In this document: piece after piece, positions 23,825 through 35,270 of the stretch | Position numbering within the stretch: the first letter of the stretch is position 1 | Layout of the letters: the number at the start of each line of letters is the position of its first letter | Assembly (NCBI GenBank): GCA_963732675.1 | Contig: CAVTAJ010000005.1 | Coordinates: forward strand, 503,019-567,018 | DNA: 64,000 nt | DNA from: Nitrospirota bacterium | GTDB taxonomy: Bacteria > Nitrospirota > UBA9217 | Direction of reading: 5' to 3' | Translations under genes and position numbers: made by a program | The notes under the pieces: model-generated | The model's database searches: none | What the model was told of the DNA's origin: nothing | The model's input: the letters and a program-made list of their open reading frames with translations, nothing else

Positions 23825-24868
23825 ATGGAAGCACCCGCAAAAGAGCAACCCAAAGAACAACCGAAAGAGCAACCAAAACTGATCGTCTCGATCGGGCCCC
23901 ACATGCACGATGAGGAGACCACATCCAAGATCATGTGGACCGTCAGCGGTGCGCTGCTTCCGGCCACGCTCATGTCGGTCTACTATTTTGGCATGCCGGC
24001 CATCCTGGTCATTCTCGTCTGCATCGTGACTTCCCTCCTGACCGAGGCAGGGATGCAGTGGCTGCTCAAGAAACCCATTACGCTCTCCGACGGCAGCGCA
24101 TTCCTGACCGGCCTGCTCCTCGCCCTGAACCTCCCTGCCAATGCGCCGCTCTATATTCCGTTCATCGGATCCATCGTGGCCATCATGATCGCCAAGCATC
24201 TTTTCGGCGGTCTCGGCTTCAATATTTTCAATCCGGCGCTCATTGGACGTGCTTTTGTCCTGGTCAGCTTTGCGAAGATCATGACCACCTTCGTTACGCC
24301 GGCGACCACGTTCATGGCTCTGGATGCCAAGACCACCGCCACACCGCTTGGTCTCCTCAAAGAAGAGGGGATGTCGAAGCTGCTCGAGATTTATCATACC
24401 AAGGCCGCCTTGTATCAGGACCTGTTCATCGGCAACCGGGCAGGGTCTCTCGGCGAGACGTCGGTGATCGCGCTGCTGCTCGGCGCCGCGCTTCTCATGC
24501 TGAAGCGGTATATCACCTGGCACATCCCGGTCACGTTCATCGCGACGGTCGGCATCCTTACCTGGATCTTCGGCGGCAAGGAAGGGCTGATGACGGGCGA
24601 CGCCGTATTCCATATGATGTCCGGCGGTCTTATCCTCGGCGCGTTCTTCATGGCCACGGACTATGTGACCGGTCCCTCCGTCCGCAGCGCACAGATCGTG
24701 TTCGGCGCCGCGTGCGGTGCACTTACGGTGCTCATCCGGTTGAAGGGCGGGTATCCCGAAGGCGTGATGTTCGCGATCCTTCTCATGAACTGCTTTGCGC
24801 CGCTCCTTGACCGGGGCATGCGGAGCCGTGTCTTCGGCAAGGCCGAGGCCAAGGGGGTAAAGAAATGA
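23825..24868 (+). CDS. rnfD: Rnf subunit D
   Basis: FGGLGFNIFNPA, TTATPL (FMN Thr), GSLGETS and AFFMATDYVT. Confidence 0.95.
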   Translation: MEAPAKEQPKEQPKEQPKLIVSIGPHMHDEETTSKIMWTVSGALLPATLMSVYYFGMPAILVILVCIVTSLLTEAGMQWLLKKPITLSDGSAFLTGLLLALNLPANAPLYIPFIGSIVAIMIAKHLFGGLGFNIFNPALIGRAFVLVSFAKIMTTFVTPATTFMALDAKTTATPLGLLKEEGMSKLLEIYHTKAALYQDLFIGNRAGSLGETSVIALLLGAALLMLKRYITWHIPVTFIATVGILTWIFGGKEGLMTGDAVFHMMSGGLILGAFFMATDYVTGPSVRSAQIVFGAACGALTVLIRLKGGYPEGVMFAILLMNCFAPLLDRGMRSRVFGKAEAKGVKK

Positions 24869-25452
24869 AAGACATGCTGAAAATAACCCTGAGCCTGGTC
24901 GCCATCTTCGTTGTTGCAGGCTTGATCATGGGGCTTACCTACAAATTTGCCTATCCCGTGCGGTTCCAGGCGGAAAAGAAGGAAAAGGAAGAGGCCCTGA
25001 AAGAGATGGCGCCTGATGCGACTGATCCCATTAAAGTGGCGGGAAACTGGTCCGCTGACAATAAACCCTATGAATATTTTGAGGCAACCGCCGGCGGCAA
25101 ACCGATAGCGTATATCGCGAGCACCGCGGGCAAGGGATATTCAAGTTTCATCAAGATGCTCGTTTCTCTCGGTCCTGATCTTAAGATCAGAGACATCAAG
25201 ATCCTCGGCCATGAAGAGACCCCCGGTCTTGGTGACCAGGTTGAGGACAAGAGCTTTCTCGACCAGTTCAAGGGGAAGTCCCTTGACCAGATCAAACTGG
25301 TAAAGGTGGAGACAAAAGAAAACATCCAGGCCGTATCCGGTGCCACCTATTCGAGCCGCGGAGTGACGAAAGGCGTTAAAGACGCTGCGCAGTTGCTCAT
25401 CGATAAATACGGCGCGGGTGTCAAATCGGCGGTGCAAGAGGTGACGAAATGA
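24865..25452 (+). CDS. rnfG: Rnf subunit G
   Basis: N-terminal TM helix, HEETPGLG and VSGATYSS (FMN Thr). Confidence 0.93.
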   Translation: MKDMLKITLSLVAIFVVAGLIMGLTYKFAYPVRFQAEKKEKEEALKEMAPDATDPIKVAGNWSADNKPYEYFEATAGGKPIAYIASTAGKGYSSFIKMLVSLGPDLKIRDIKILGHEETPGLGDQVEDKSFLDQFKGKSLDQIKLVKVETKENIQAVSGATYSSRGVTKGVKDAAQLLIDKYGAGVKSAVQEVTK

Positions 25453-26081
25453 GCGACAACGTTAGCTACTGGGCACTATTCAAGAACGGCGTCTTCGGTG
25501 AGAACCCGGTCTTCAGGCTTGCACTCTCTCTCTGCCCGGCCGTGGCCGTCACGAGCGGCGTGAAAAACGGGTTCTTGATGGGGGTCGCGGTTTTATTCGT
25601 CATGACCATGACGAACGTAACGGTTTCCCTGCTGCGGAACTTCATCAGTCCGAAAGTCCGGATCCCCTCCTATGTGTTCATCACGGCCACGTGGGTCACG
25701 GTGATCGATCAGTTGATGGCGGCGTACCAGCGAGCGGTTTACAAGGAAATGGGCCTCTATATCATGCTCATCGTCGCTTTTGCCATTATCCTTTCCCGGG
25801 CGGAGATGTTCGCGAGCAAGAACAAGCTCCTGCCATCCTTTATTGACGGGGTCGGAATGGGAACGGGCTTTCTGCTCGCCCTGATGCTGCTCGGTGTGTT
25901 CAGGGAGTTTTTGGGCAAAGGGTCGCTCTGGGGCGTCCATATTTTGCCGGTAAAGCCTCTGCTCATCATGATCATGCCGACGGGCGGTTTCTTCGCCATG
26001 GGGCTCATGATGGGTTGGCTCAACTGGATCGACCGGAAGTTCTTTGGCGGTACCGGCGGCGGAGGCGGAGGACATCATTAG
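25449..26081 (+). CDS. rnfE: Rnf subunit E
   Basis: ENPVFRLALSLCPAVAVT, VRIP, RAEMFASKN and PTGGF. Confidence 0.93.
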   Translation: MSDNVSYWALFKNGVFGENPVFRLALSLCPAVAVTSGVKNGFLMGVAVLFVMTMTNVTVSLLRNFISPKVRIPSYVFITATWVTVIDQLMAAYQRAVYKEMGLYIMLIVAFAIILSRAEMFASKNKLLPSFIDGVGMGTGFLLALMLLGVFREFLGKGSLWGVHILPVKPLLIMIMPTGGFFAMGLMMGWLNWIDRKFFGGTGGGGGGHH

Positions 26082-26212
26082 CGCGAGGACGCGCAATTGC
26101 ATATTGGAAATTTAAAATTGGAAATTGTAAAATGTAAGTGATTCGAACAGTCCGCAAATTTAAAATTTCCAATTTCCAATCTTCAATTTACAATTTACCC
26201 GGAGGGTATATC

Positions 26213-26798
26213 ATGTGGCAACATGTAGCTAACCATATTCGTAGCATCCGCGCTCATCAATAATTTCGTATTCTCCCGTTACCTCGGCCTCTGCATTTTC
26301 TTCGGCGTGACCAAGAAGATGGAGACCTCCATGGGCATGAGCTTTACTTTTACGGCCGTCATGCTCATTTCCGCATCCCTGAACTGGCTTATTTATAACT
26401 ATGTGATGATCCCCTATCATCTCGGGTTCCTGAAGATCGTCATTTTCATCGGCGTGATCGCCGCCTTCGTGCAGGCTGCTGATACGATCATGAAAAAGGT
26501 AGCTCCCGCGCTGTACTATAAGCTGGGCATCTACCTGGCGCTGATCGTCACGAACTGTGTCATCCTGGCGGTGCCGCTCCTCAACGCGGATGAAAATTAC
26601 GGCTTTTTCGAGAGCCTGGCGCTCGCCTTGGGATCGGGACTCGGTTTCAGTCTGGCGCTCATTATCATGGCGAGCATTCGCGAAAAACTCGAGCTTGCCG
26701 ATGTGCCCAAGTCATTTCAGGGGCTGCCCATTTCATTCGTTTTGACCGGCTTGATCGCTCTGGCATTCCTGGGCTTTTCCGGAATGATCACGCTGTAA
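26213..26798 (+). CDS. rnfA: Rnf subunit A, with an apparent +1 frameshift at ~26228
   Basis: GGAGG RBS and ATG at 26213; INNFVFSRYLGLC, LIVTNCVIL and IREKLELADVP. Confidence 0.92.
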
Positions 26799-26887
26799 TA
26801 TGTTAAATTCGCCACAAGGGCACAAAGACACGAAGTATCAAAAGCAGTTCCCGGCGCCTTGGTGACTTCGTGGCAAAATGAAGGTGC

Positions 26888-28058
26888 ATGACTATGATTG
26901 AACAATTAGTGCATATCCTTATGCAGGCGTTCTCGCACGCGCTGTCAATTTTTGCCAACAAGTTGACCCCCCTCGTCGATGCCGGCGGTGCGGCGGAGGC
27001 CGCAGGAAACGTTCCCCTGTCCACTGTGTATATAACACTGATCGTGCTTGCAGGGCTGGGCATTGTTTTTGGAGTGGCACTGGCCTTAGTCGCCGCGCGG
27101 TTCGTAGTCAAGGTAGATCCCAAAGTGGAGAAGGTGCGCGATACCCTGCCGGGCGCCAACTGCGGCGCCTGCGGCTTCGCGGGCTGCATGGGATATGCCG
27201 AGGCCGTGGTGGGGAACCCCGACGTCGCCGTGAGCATGTGTGCCCCCGGTAAATCGGCAGTTGCCGAGAAGATCGCGGAGATCACGGGCAAGAAGGCGGA
27301 AAAGATGGACCCGAAGATCGCGCGGGTCTTCTGCCAGGGCGGCAGTTCCCTTAGCCAGCGGAAATTCATCTACACGGGCGTAATGGACTGCACGGCCGCG
27401 GTGCTCGCGGCAGGAGGCGACAAGTCCTGCCAGTACGGATGTCTTGGTTACGCCACCTGCATGCGCGCCTGCCCCTTTGACGCTATCACGATGAGCGCCG
27501 ACAACCTGCCGATTATCAGCAAGGAAAAGTGCACAGCCTGCGGCAAGTGCGTTGCCGCCTGTCCCAAACAGGTGATCGAACTTGCGGTGGAGTCCAAAGC
27601 AGTGGTGATCAGCTGCCACAGCAGGGACAAAGGCGCGGACACCAAGAAGAAATGCCAGGTCGGCTGTATTGCCTGCGGCATCTGTGTCCGTACCTGTCCG
27701 GTGGACGCCATCAAGATCGACAACAACCTTGCGCGGATCGACCATGCCAAGTGTATTGTCTGCGGTCTCTGCGTCAAAAAATGTCCTACCAGCGCGATCC
27801 ATGACTACATCCCGGTACGGCCTAAGGCCTTCATCGATCCCGCAAAATGCGACGGTCATTGATGTGTGCAAGAAAGTGTGCCCGGTCAGCGCCATCTCCG
27901 GTGAGATCCGATCGGTGCATGTCGTCAACCAGGAGAAGTGCATCGGTTGCAGAATGTGCGAGGCCCGGTGCCCCAAGAAGGCCATATCGATGATGGAGGC
28001 CGCTTCCGGAGCTGTTGATAAAAAGCCCTCAAAGAAACAGGAGCCGGTCACAGTTTAA
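26888..28058 (+). CDS. rnfB: Rnf subunit B, polyferredoxin type, with an apparent frameshift at ~27858
   Basis: LPGANCGACGFAGC, CQYGCLGYATC and several CxxCxxCxxxCP motifs; an extra ferredoxin module lies in the shifted frame. Confidence 0.92.
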
Positions 28059-28080
28059 CATCACGGAAATCCGTCTTAGA

Positions 28081-28112
28081 GAAGGGGATGCGTACTTTGC
28101 ATCCCCTTTTTG
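28081..28112 (+). terminator. Intrinsic terminator after rnfB
   Basis: AAGGGGATGC-gtacttt-GCATCCCCTTTTTG. Confidence 0.8.
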
Positions 28113-28235
28113 CATGGGGAAACACAGCGTGGCGGCGCTTCTTTTTTCTGCTTGACAAAATTTCTTGCTTAGGTTAAAAACAGACTCATTCATCATTCTG
28201 CTCAAGTCCAACACGATCATGTTTCGGAGGTTTAT

Positions 28236-28625
28236 ATGAATCCTGATGATATCAAATACCACAGAGAACATACCTGGGTGCGCGCTGAAGGAAAGCATGC
28301 GACTATCGGCATTACCGATTACGCCCAGCAGCAGATGGGAGATATCGTGTATATCGATCTGCCCGAAATAGATACCGAGGTCGATGCAGACTCGGAACTG
28401 TCAGAGGTCGAATCCACAAAGGCAACTTCACCAGTGGTCAGCCCGGTATCGGGTAACGTGAGAGAGGTGAACGAGGACCTCGCCGATTCTCCGGAGATCA
28501 TCAACGAAGATCCGTACGGCAACGGCTGGCTCGTGGTGCTTGACATGAGCGACCCCTCGGAGTTGAATGACCTGATGAGCAAAGCGGAGTACGAGAAGTT
28601 CCTGAAGGAAGAAGAGGGGAAGTAA
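28236..28625 (+). CDS. gcvH: Glycine cleavage H protein (lipoyl carrier)
   Basis: HTWVR, IGITDYAQ, VESTKA (lipoyl Lys) and INEDPYGNGW. Confidence 0.93.
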   Translation: MNPDDIKYHREHTWVRAEGKHATIGITDYAQQQMGDIVYIDLPEIDTEVDADSELSEVESTKATSPVVSPVSGNVREVNEDLADSPEIINEDPYGNGWLVVLDMSDPSELNDLMSKAEYEKFLKEEEGK

Positions 28626-28663
28626 GAAAGCAGGAATGCGGCATGATCACAATATCATTGAAC

Positions 28664-28695
28664 AAAAGGGAGAGTGTAGACTCTCCCTTTTTTTG
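28664..28695. terminator. Bidirectional intrinsic terminator after gcvH
   Basis: AAAAGGGAGAG-tgtaga-CTCTCCCTTTTTTT. Confidence 0.8.
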
Positions 28696-28989
28696 CTCAG
28701 AAAACTATCGCCACACGTGAAGGTTCGAATAGGCAGGCTCACCGAGGGCACAGAATAATTCAAGTTCCTTAGTGACGTTGATTTTACATAGATGATTTAT
28801 GTTATGTTGCTTCAGAACTTGACATGTTCGCGTGAATGTTTGCCTTGAATAGACCCCTCACCCCAGCCCTCTCCCGCAAGGGGCGAGGGAGGTTTGCATC
28901 CTCTCCCCAACGAGGGAGAGGACCGAGGTGAGGGGGGATTGGTTGCGGCCAAAGGCCGCGTTATGTTTATAACGAGTAAGGAGCGCATT

Positions 28990-30387
28990 ATGCCGGTAAA
29001 ACTCACCATCATAGGCGCGGGACCGGGCGGTTACGTGGCCGCGATCCGCGCGGCCCAGAAAGGCGCGCAGGTGACGGTCATCGAGGGGGCTGAAGTCGGC
29101 GGCACCTGTCTGAACCGGGGATGCATTCCGACGAAGACCCTCATCGCGTCAGCCGAGGCGCTCGAGCGCACACGGAGAGCTGCTGATTTCGGCATTCAGG
29201 TGTCAGGTGAGGTCAGCTACAACCTGGCGAAGATCCGCGAGCGCAAGGACAAGGTCGTTGCCATGCAGGTCAAGGGAATCCGGGGCCTGTTCAAGAGCTG
29301 GGGTGTGGACCTCATCGAGGGCCGCGGTACAATGCTCTCACCCGATATCGTCCGGGTGGTCCGGAAGGACGGCACGGTAGCGGACGTGAAGTCCGACAAG
29401 GTCATCATTGCAACGGGATCGCGGCCCGCGAAGCTGCCTGGTTTCCCGTTTGACGGCGAGAGCGTGATCACGAGCGATGAAGCGATCCAGCTCACGAGTA
29501 TTCCCAAAAGCCTGCTGATCGTCGGTGCGGGCGTCATCGGTTCCGAATTTGCATTCATCTACCGGTCTTTTGGGGCCGAAGTGACCATGGTCGAGATGAT
29601 GGCGCACGCGGTCTCGACCGAGGACGAGGAGATGTCCGAACTCCTCGAACGGGAGCTGAAAAAAGCGAAGATCAAACTCGTAACGAACGTGAAGGTGGAA
29701 AGCGTTGAAAAGGGACCCGATGGCATGATGGTCGCGAAGCTTTCGAACAAGACGGAGGTCAGGACCGAGCGGATACTCGTTTCCATCGGCAGGAGCATGA
29801 ACTCGGAAAACCTCGGGCTGGATAACGTCGGCGTGGTCATCGGCAGGCGCGGCGAGATCCAGGTAAATGAGAAGATGGAGACGAACGTGCCGGGCATCTA
29901 TGCAGTCGGAGACGTGACCGGGAACATGATGCTGGCGCATGTTGCGTCGCACCAGGGCCTCGTGGCAGTGGATAACGCGCTCGGCGGGGATTCCCGCATG
30001 GATTATACCGTGGTCCCGGCCGGCATCTTCACCATGCCCGAGATCGGAAGCGTCGGCCTCAGGGAAAAGCAGGCGATCGAGAAGGGCATCAAGTACAAGG
30101 TCGGCAGGTTCCCGTTCCGCGGGCTCGGCAAGTCGCACGCCATGGGCGAGATCGCGGGGATGGCAAAGATCATCGTCGATGAAGCCACGGACAAGGTGAT
30201 CGGCGTCCACCTCTGCGGCGCCCATGCTACTGACCTGATCCATGAGGGTGCGCTTGCCATGCAGATGGGCGCCACGGCGCAACAGCTCGGCGCCATGATC
30301 CATGCGCATCCCACACTCGCTGAGGCTATCATGGAAGCATCGGAAGACGTGCACAAGATGGCGATCCATGTGATGAAGGGACAGTAG
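28990..30387 (+). CDS. lpdA: Dihydrolipoamide dehydrogenase
   Basis: GAGPGGYVAAIRAAQ, GGTCLNRGCIPTK, GAGVIGSE, MLAHVAS and HAHPTLAE. Confidence 0.95.
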   Translation: MPVKLTIIGAGPGGYVAAIRAAQKGAQVTVIEGAEVGGTCLNRGCIPTKTLIASAEALERTRRAADFGIQVSGEVSYNLAKIRERKDKVVAMQVKGIRGLFKSWGVDLIEGRGTMLSPDIVRVVRKDGTVADVKSDKVIIATGSRPAKLPGFPFDGESVITSDEAIQLTSIPKSLLIVGAGVIGSEFAFIYRSFGAEVTMVEMMAHAVSTEDEEMSELLERELKKAKIKLVTNVKVESVEKGPDGMMVAKLSNKTEVRTERILVSIGRSMNSENLGLDNVGVVIGRRGEIQVNEKMETNVPGIYAVGDVTGNMMLAHVASHQGLVAVDNALGGDSRMDYTVVPAGIFTMPEIGSVGLREKQAIEKGIKYKVGRFPFRGLGKSHAMGEIAGMAKIIVDEATDKVIGVHLCGAHATDLIHEGALAMQMGATAQQLGAMIHAHPTLAEAIMEASEDVHKMAIHVMKGQ

Positions 30388-30639
30388 TGGCGCAGTCCGG
30401 CTATCAACTCCGTCCCGAGGGTCTTCGTGCCGGACGCTTCGAAACCGCGAAGAACCAGAATCCATCCATCGCGTCAATATCCTCTATGGAGTCCTCCCGA
30501 TAAAAACCCGTGGATCGAGACATGGTATCCCTGGTTGTTTTACCCGAGACGGGCGGGGAGGGGCTGCGTTTCGGGCAATTGAAATGAATTAATGCGGGGA
30601 CCACCTCGAAAAATGCGACGCAACGGGTGATACAACGTT

Positions 30640-30880
30640 ATCGGATTTCCCTCGGTGCTCCAAAGACTTCATGTTCCAGCTCACCTCTGACGAGACCCAC
30701 ACTATCCTGTCACAATTTGTGACCACTTCAAAAAGAAACTTTCACTATTTGCCCTACCCTTTACCGAACATGGGATTATCACGGCTGCCAGTATTTTGAA
30801 CAGTAGAGCGCTCCAGATGCAAGCGCTTATGTCGTGCGCGCCGTTGTCTGACTGCCTGAAATGATTGCAACTCATCTTAG
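30640..30880 (+). pseudogene. Remnant of an ORF6N-domain DNA-binding gene
   Basis: Broken frames read DFMFQLTSDETHTILSQFVTTSKRNFHYLPY..FTEHGIITAASILNS..AYVVRA; no intact ORF. Confidence 0.65.
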
Positions 30881-31097
30881 CGATACTTGGGTTTAAAAGC
30901 CCCTGGCAGGCCTTCGACGAGTTTCAACTGAAGGCAACTGCATAGGTTGTATCTTGTGTCCCGCGGTACCGGGTGCGCGCAAAAATGCCAAATTTATGAT
31001 AGGATTGTCCTATCAGTAATGCTTTCCCCATCGCCAGCACTCATGAGGAGAGCAATCCAATTCTCCGTTGAGATGGGCTTTCCGCAACTAACGAAGG

Positions 31098-33605
31098 ATG
31101 CCAATAAAAGTGAATACATCCAAAGGCTATACTGACAGAATCCTTGGCGAACAGGTCCGTCTTGCCATCAAGCAGTTGCCTACGATGCAGATAACTTCCT
31201 TCATCATCGCCCTCGTTCTTTCCATTACCGTTCGCAATATTATCCCTCGGGCAAATATCATCGCATGGTTATTGATGGTCCTGGTGACCGTCTTTGGCAG
31301 GACCGTTCTTTACTATCGATTCCTGAAGGTCGATGAACAATCCATTGTTGCGGAGTACTGGGAAAAGATCTATTTGCTTTTGGCCCTTTTTTCTGGGATC
31401 GTGTGGGGCGTTTCTGCCTTTATAATTTTCCCGGTTGGCAATATATGGCCGATGGCGATTTTTATGATCGCAATTGCCGGCTTGACGGCAGGGACTACAA
31501 TATCTCATGCTGGCATTAAATTGGGGTCAACAGCATGGGTAGTACCGGTCATGCTGCTCTATGCCATCCGCTGTGTCATGGTAGGAGGTGAATTTGAATA
31601 TATCTTAGGCTCATTTTTTGTTATCTTTATGGTTGCAATAATTCTTCATTTCATTGAAAAACAATGAATCCATTACCGCTTCCCTCTCTTTAAAATTCGA
31701 ACATATCGACCTACTTACAGCTGTGCGGGAGAGCGAGGAACGATTTCACGTTCTGGCTAGAGCAAGCTTTGAGGCTATGGTTTTCAGTCAGGAAGGTATT
31801 ATCAAGGACTGCAACGAACAGTTGTCAAAGATACTTGGTTTCAGCAAAGAAGAAATGATTGATAAACCGATTCGAGACCTTTTGCCCCCGGAAGAAATCG
31901 AGCGCGTTATGAATAATATCAGAAGTGGGCGGGAAGTTATCATTGATCACGATGTAATATGCAAAGACGGCAGTCGACGCAGTATAGAGGCGCATGGCAT
32001 AACAACAATATATCTGGGCAAAGAATATCGCATAACCGCCATCCATGACATCACCGAGCTCAAACGGATGGAAGGGGCGCTCCGGGAAAAGGAAAGCAAG
32101 TACCGATCGCTCTTTGAATCCGCGAAAGACGGCATCTTTATCCTGGATGAGACCGGCTTCACGGACTGCAACCAGAAAGGCGCCGAGATGTACGGTCTTA
32201 CGAAGGAAGAGATCATCGGCCGTTCACCAAACGATTTCGCTCCTGAGCATCAACCCGATGGACGGCCCTCGTCCGAAGTGGCCGGCGAGAAGATCCAGGC
32301 GAGCGTTGAGCGGCGTTCCCCAGATCTTCGAGTGGCAGTCGCTACGCGCTAACGCCGGCCCCTTGAGCGCCTTTGATGTGGAGATCTCACTGAGCCGGCT
32401 CGAAGTGGGCGGTAAGATGTGCCTGCATGCGATCGTTCGCGACATCAGCGAACGAAAGCGGTTGGAGCAGGAACGCCTCAAGACCCAGAAGCTCGAATCC
32501 ATCGGCACGCTCGCCGGCGGCATCGCCCACGATTTCAACAACCTCCTGCAGGGTGTCTTCGGGTACATCTCCCTGGCGAAGCTGACCATCGACCGGGAGA
32601 AAAGTCGCTGGCGATGCTCGAGCAGGCGGAGAAGGCGCTGCACAAGTCGGTGAACCTCACGACCCAGCTCCTTACCTTCTCCAAGGGCGGCAAGCCGGTG
32701 AAAAAAACGATCGATCTCCGTCCCGGTGATCGAGAACGCGGCGAAGTTCGCCCTGAGCGGCTCGCGCACCGATTACCAGCATTGTGGTCGATGAAGGCCT
32801 CTGGCAGGTTGACGCGGACGAGGGCCAGATCGGCCAGGTGATCCAGAACATCGTGCTGAACGCCGACCAGGCCATGCCGGAAGGCGGCAGGGTGGAGATC
32901 ACGGCGCGGAACATTCCACGCTCCCGTACCGGACTGCACTGCAGGGCCTGCAGCAAGGGAGCGTATGTCGAGATCGCCATCCGGGACACCGGCGTCGGCA
33001 TCCCGGAAAAGTATCTCGGCAAGATATTCGACCCCTATTTCACCACCAAGGAAAAAGGGAGCGGTCTGGGACTCGCAACATCCTATTCCATCATCAAGAA
33101 CCACAACGGCATAATCGACGTAAAGTCGGAGATGGGGAAAGGAACGACGTTCCTCATTTACCTCCCGGCAACAGCAGCGGTAAAAAGAGAAGAGCAGGCC
33201 AGGCCCTCTGAAGCGGCGCCGGGACGGACGGGTCGGGTGCTTATCATGGATGATGAGCCGGTCATCCTCACTGTTGCCGGAGAACTGATCAGGGCGCTGG
33301 GTCACCAGGCGGAGTTCGCTTCTCAGGGTAGTGAGGCGATCGCAAAATACCGGGAGGCGCAGCGATCAGGACAGCCGTTCGATGTCGTTATTCTGGACCT
33401 GACGATCCGGGGCGGGATGGGCGGCGCTGAAACCCTTCGGAGACTGACGGAAATCGATCCCGGCGTGAAGGCCGTTGTATCGAGCGGATACTCTGATGAT
33501 ACGGCCATCGCAGGCTACTTGGAGCAGGGATTCAAGGCCGTTCTCAAGAAGCCGTACCATGTCGATGAACTGCGAGAAGTGCTGAACAGATTGATGAACT
33601 CGTAG
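31098..33605 (+). CDS. Hybrid sensor kinase (TM domain, 2 PAS, HisKA, HATPase, REC), at least four apparent frameshifts
   Basis: PAS repeats; LESIGTLAGGIAHDFNNLL, NADQAM, FDPYFTTKEKGSGLGL; REC motifs MDDE and ILDLTIRGGMGG. Confidence 0.88.
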
Positions 33606-33640
33606 TTATTACTGAACAGGGGAATCCATGAGTTCTGGAA

Positions 33641-35021
33641 TTACTCCACCTCGTCCAGCTTCGTAAATGCCTTCAATACCACTTCCGACAGCGCCGGGTG
33701 GATGTGCATGCCCTTGGCCACGGACCAGAGGTTCCCGTCCCCAGCCATGGCATTCACGACCTCCTGGATCAGGACGGATGCCTGCGGGCCGATGATGTGG
33801 TATCCCAGGATCTTTCCCGTCTTCCGGTGCACCACGGCCTTGGTGAATCCCTCGGTATTCCATCATGGCCTCTCCGCGCGCCACTTCCCTGTACATGGCC
33901 TTGCCCACAAGGACCTCGTGTCTGCCCATGAGCTTGATCGCCTGCTCCTCGGTAAGTCCCACGGAAGCGATTTCGGGATAGGAGAACACGGCATGCGGCA
34001 CGGTAAGGAAGTTCATCCGTGATTTCTTGCCGTGGATGGCATTGTGCCAGACAAGCTCGACCTCATGATTGGCCGAGTGCCGGAACATCTTCTTGCCGAT
34101 GGCATCGCCGAACGCCCAGATGTCTTTCTTCGAGGTCTCTAAGAACTCATCCACGATGATGTAACCCTTTTCGTCCGTCTTCACACCCGTGTTCCCGACC
34201 ATCAGAACATCGGCGTTTGACTTTCTGCCCGCGGCGATCAGAACATATTGAGCAATGACCTCCAGCTGTTTTCCGCTGTTCTGCTCTTTTGCTGTGACCG
34301 TAGTGACCTTCCCGGTTTGGCGGACCTCAATGGCCTCGGTATTCGTATGAATTGTCATGCGCTGGGAAAGGGATGTCTTCAGCAGTTCCGAGATCTCCGG
34401 CTCCTCTTCGGGTACGAGCCGCTTGTTGCTCTGGATGATAGTGACCTTCGTGCCCATGGCCTCGAAGAAATGGGCGAACTCAGCGGCAATGTATCCGCCT
34501 CCGATGATGATCATGCTTTCCGGGCGTTCAGTAAGCTGGAGCGCACTCTCGTTCGTGAGGTACTCGATGCTCTCGATGCCTTTGATGGGAGGAATGAGCG
34601 GCCGGGCGCCTGATGCGATGAAGATTGTCTTGCCCTTGATCGTCCGGCCCGTTACGTCGAGTGTATACTCATCGGTAAAATGCGCCTCGCCCCCGTAGAA
34701 ATCGAAACCTTCGGCCTCGTCCAGCGTTTTTTGGATATTGTCGTGACTTTTTTTTACGTGCTTCCGCATCCGCTCCATGATGGCCGCGAAATCGATCGCC
34801 TTGATCTCTGCGGTGATGCCGAATTTCTGTGCCTCGCGGATTTCCATGATCCTGTCAGCCGGGTAGACGATCATCTTCGTGGGGATGCAACCGACATTCA
34901 GACAGGTGCCGCCCGCAGGCCCCTTGTCCACGATCGCAACGGTCTTCTCGTGTGACAGCGCGTCATTGACAAGGTTCGCACCACTGCCTGAGCCGATGAT
35001 AATGACGTCGTATTCTTTCAT
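33641..35021 (-). CDS. Class-I pyridine nucleotide-disulfide oxidoreductase (Lpd/mycothione-reductase-like), apparent frameshift at ~33860
   Basis: IGSGSG, GGTCLNVGCIPTK, GGGYIAAE and MFRHSAN; C-terminal HIHPALSE lies in the shifted frame. Confidence 0.88.
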
Positions 35022-35270
35022 GATGGTCCTTTCAAGATGCAGCCTACCCTTGATGGTAATATATATAAGCATTGTAGCATTTTCCCGGTGCGTGTCAATG
35101 AAAGGGATTCTTCGCCGCATGCATTGCTATAGCTGGTGTTCTCATCACCCTCACCTCTTCTTTGGCCCACTCAAAGAAACAACCTGTCCGACCTCACAAA
35201 ATAATTGCGTATTGCTCGAAAATTAAATATACTACCGCCATTCAACGTTTATTGGGGGAGGAAGAAGTAA

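Noticed and set aside
27860-27862. TGA in rnfB as selenocysteine
   Set aside because: Read-through gives no sensible sequence; the Cys motifs continue in another frame, indicating an indel.
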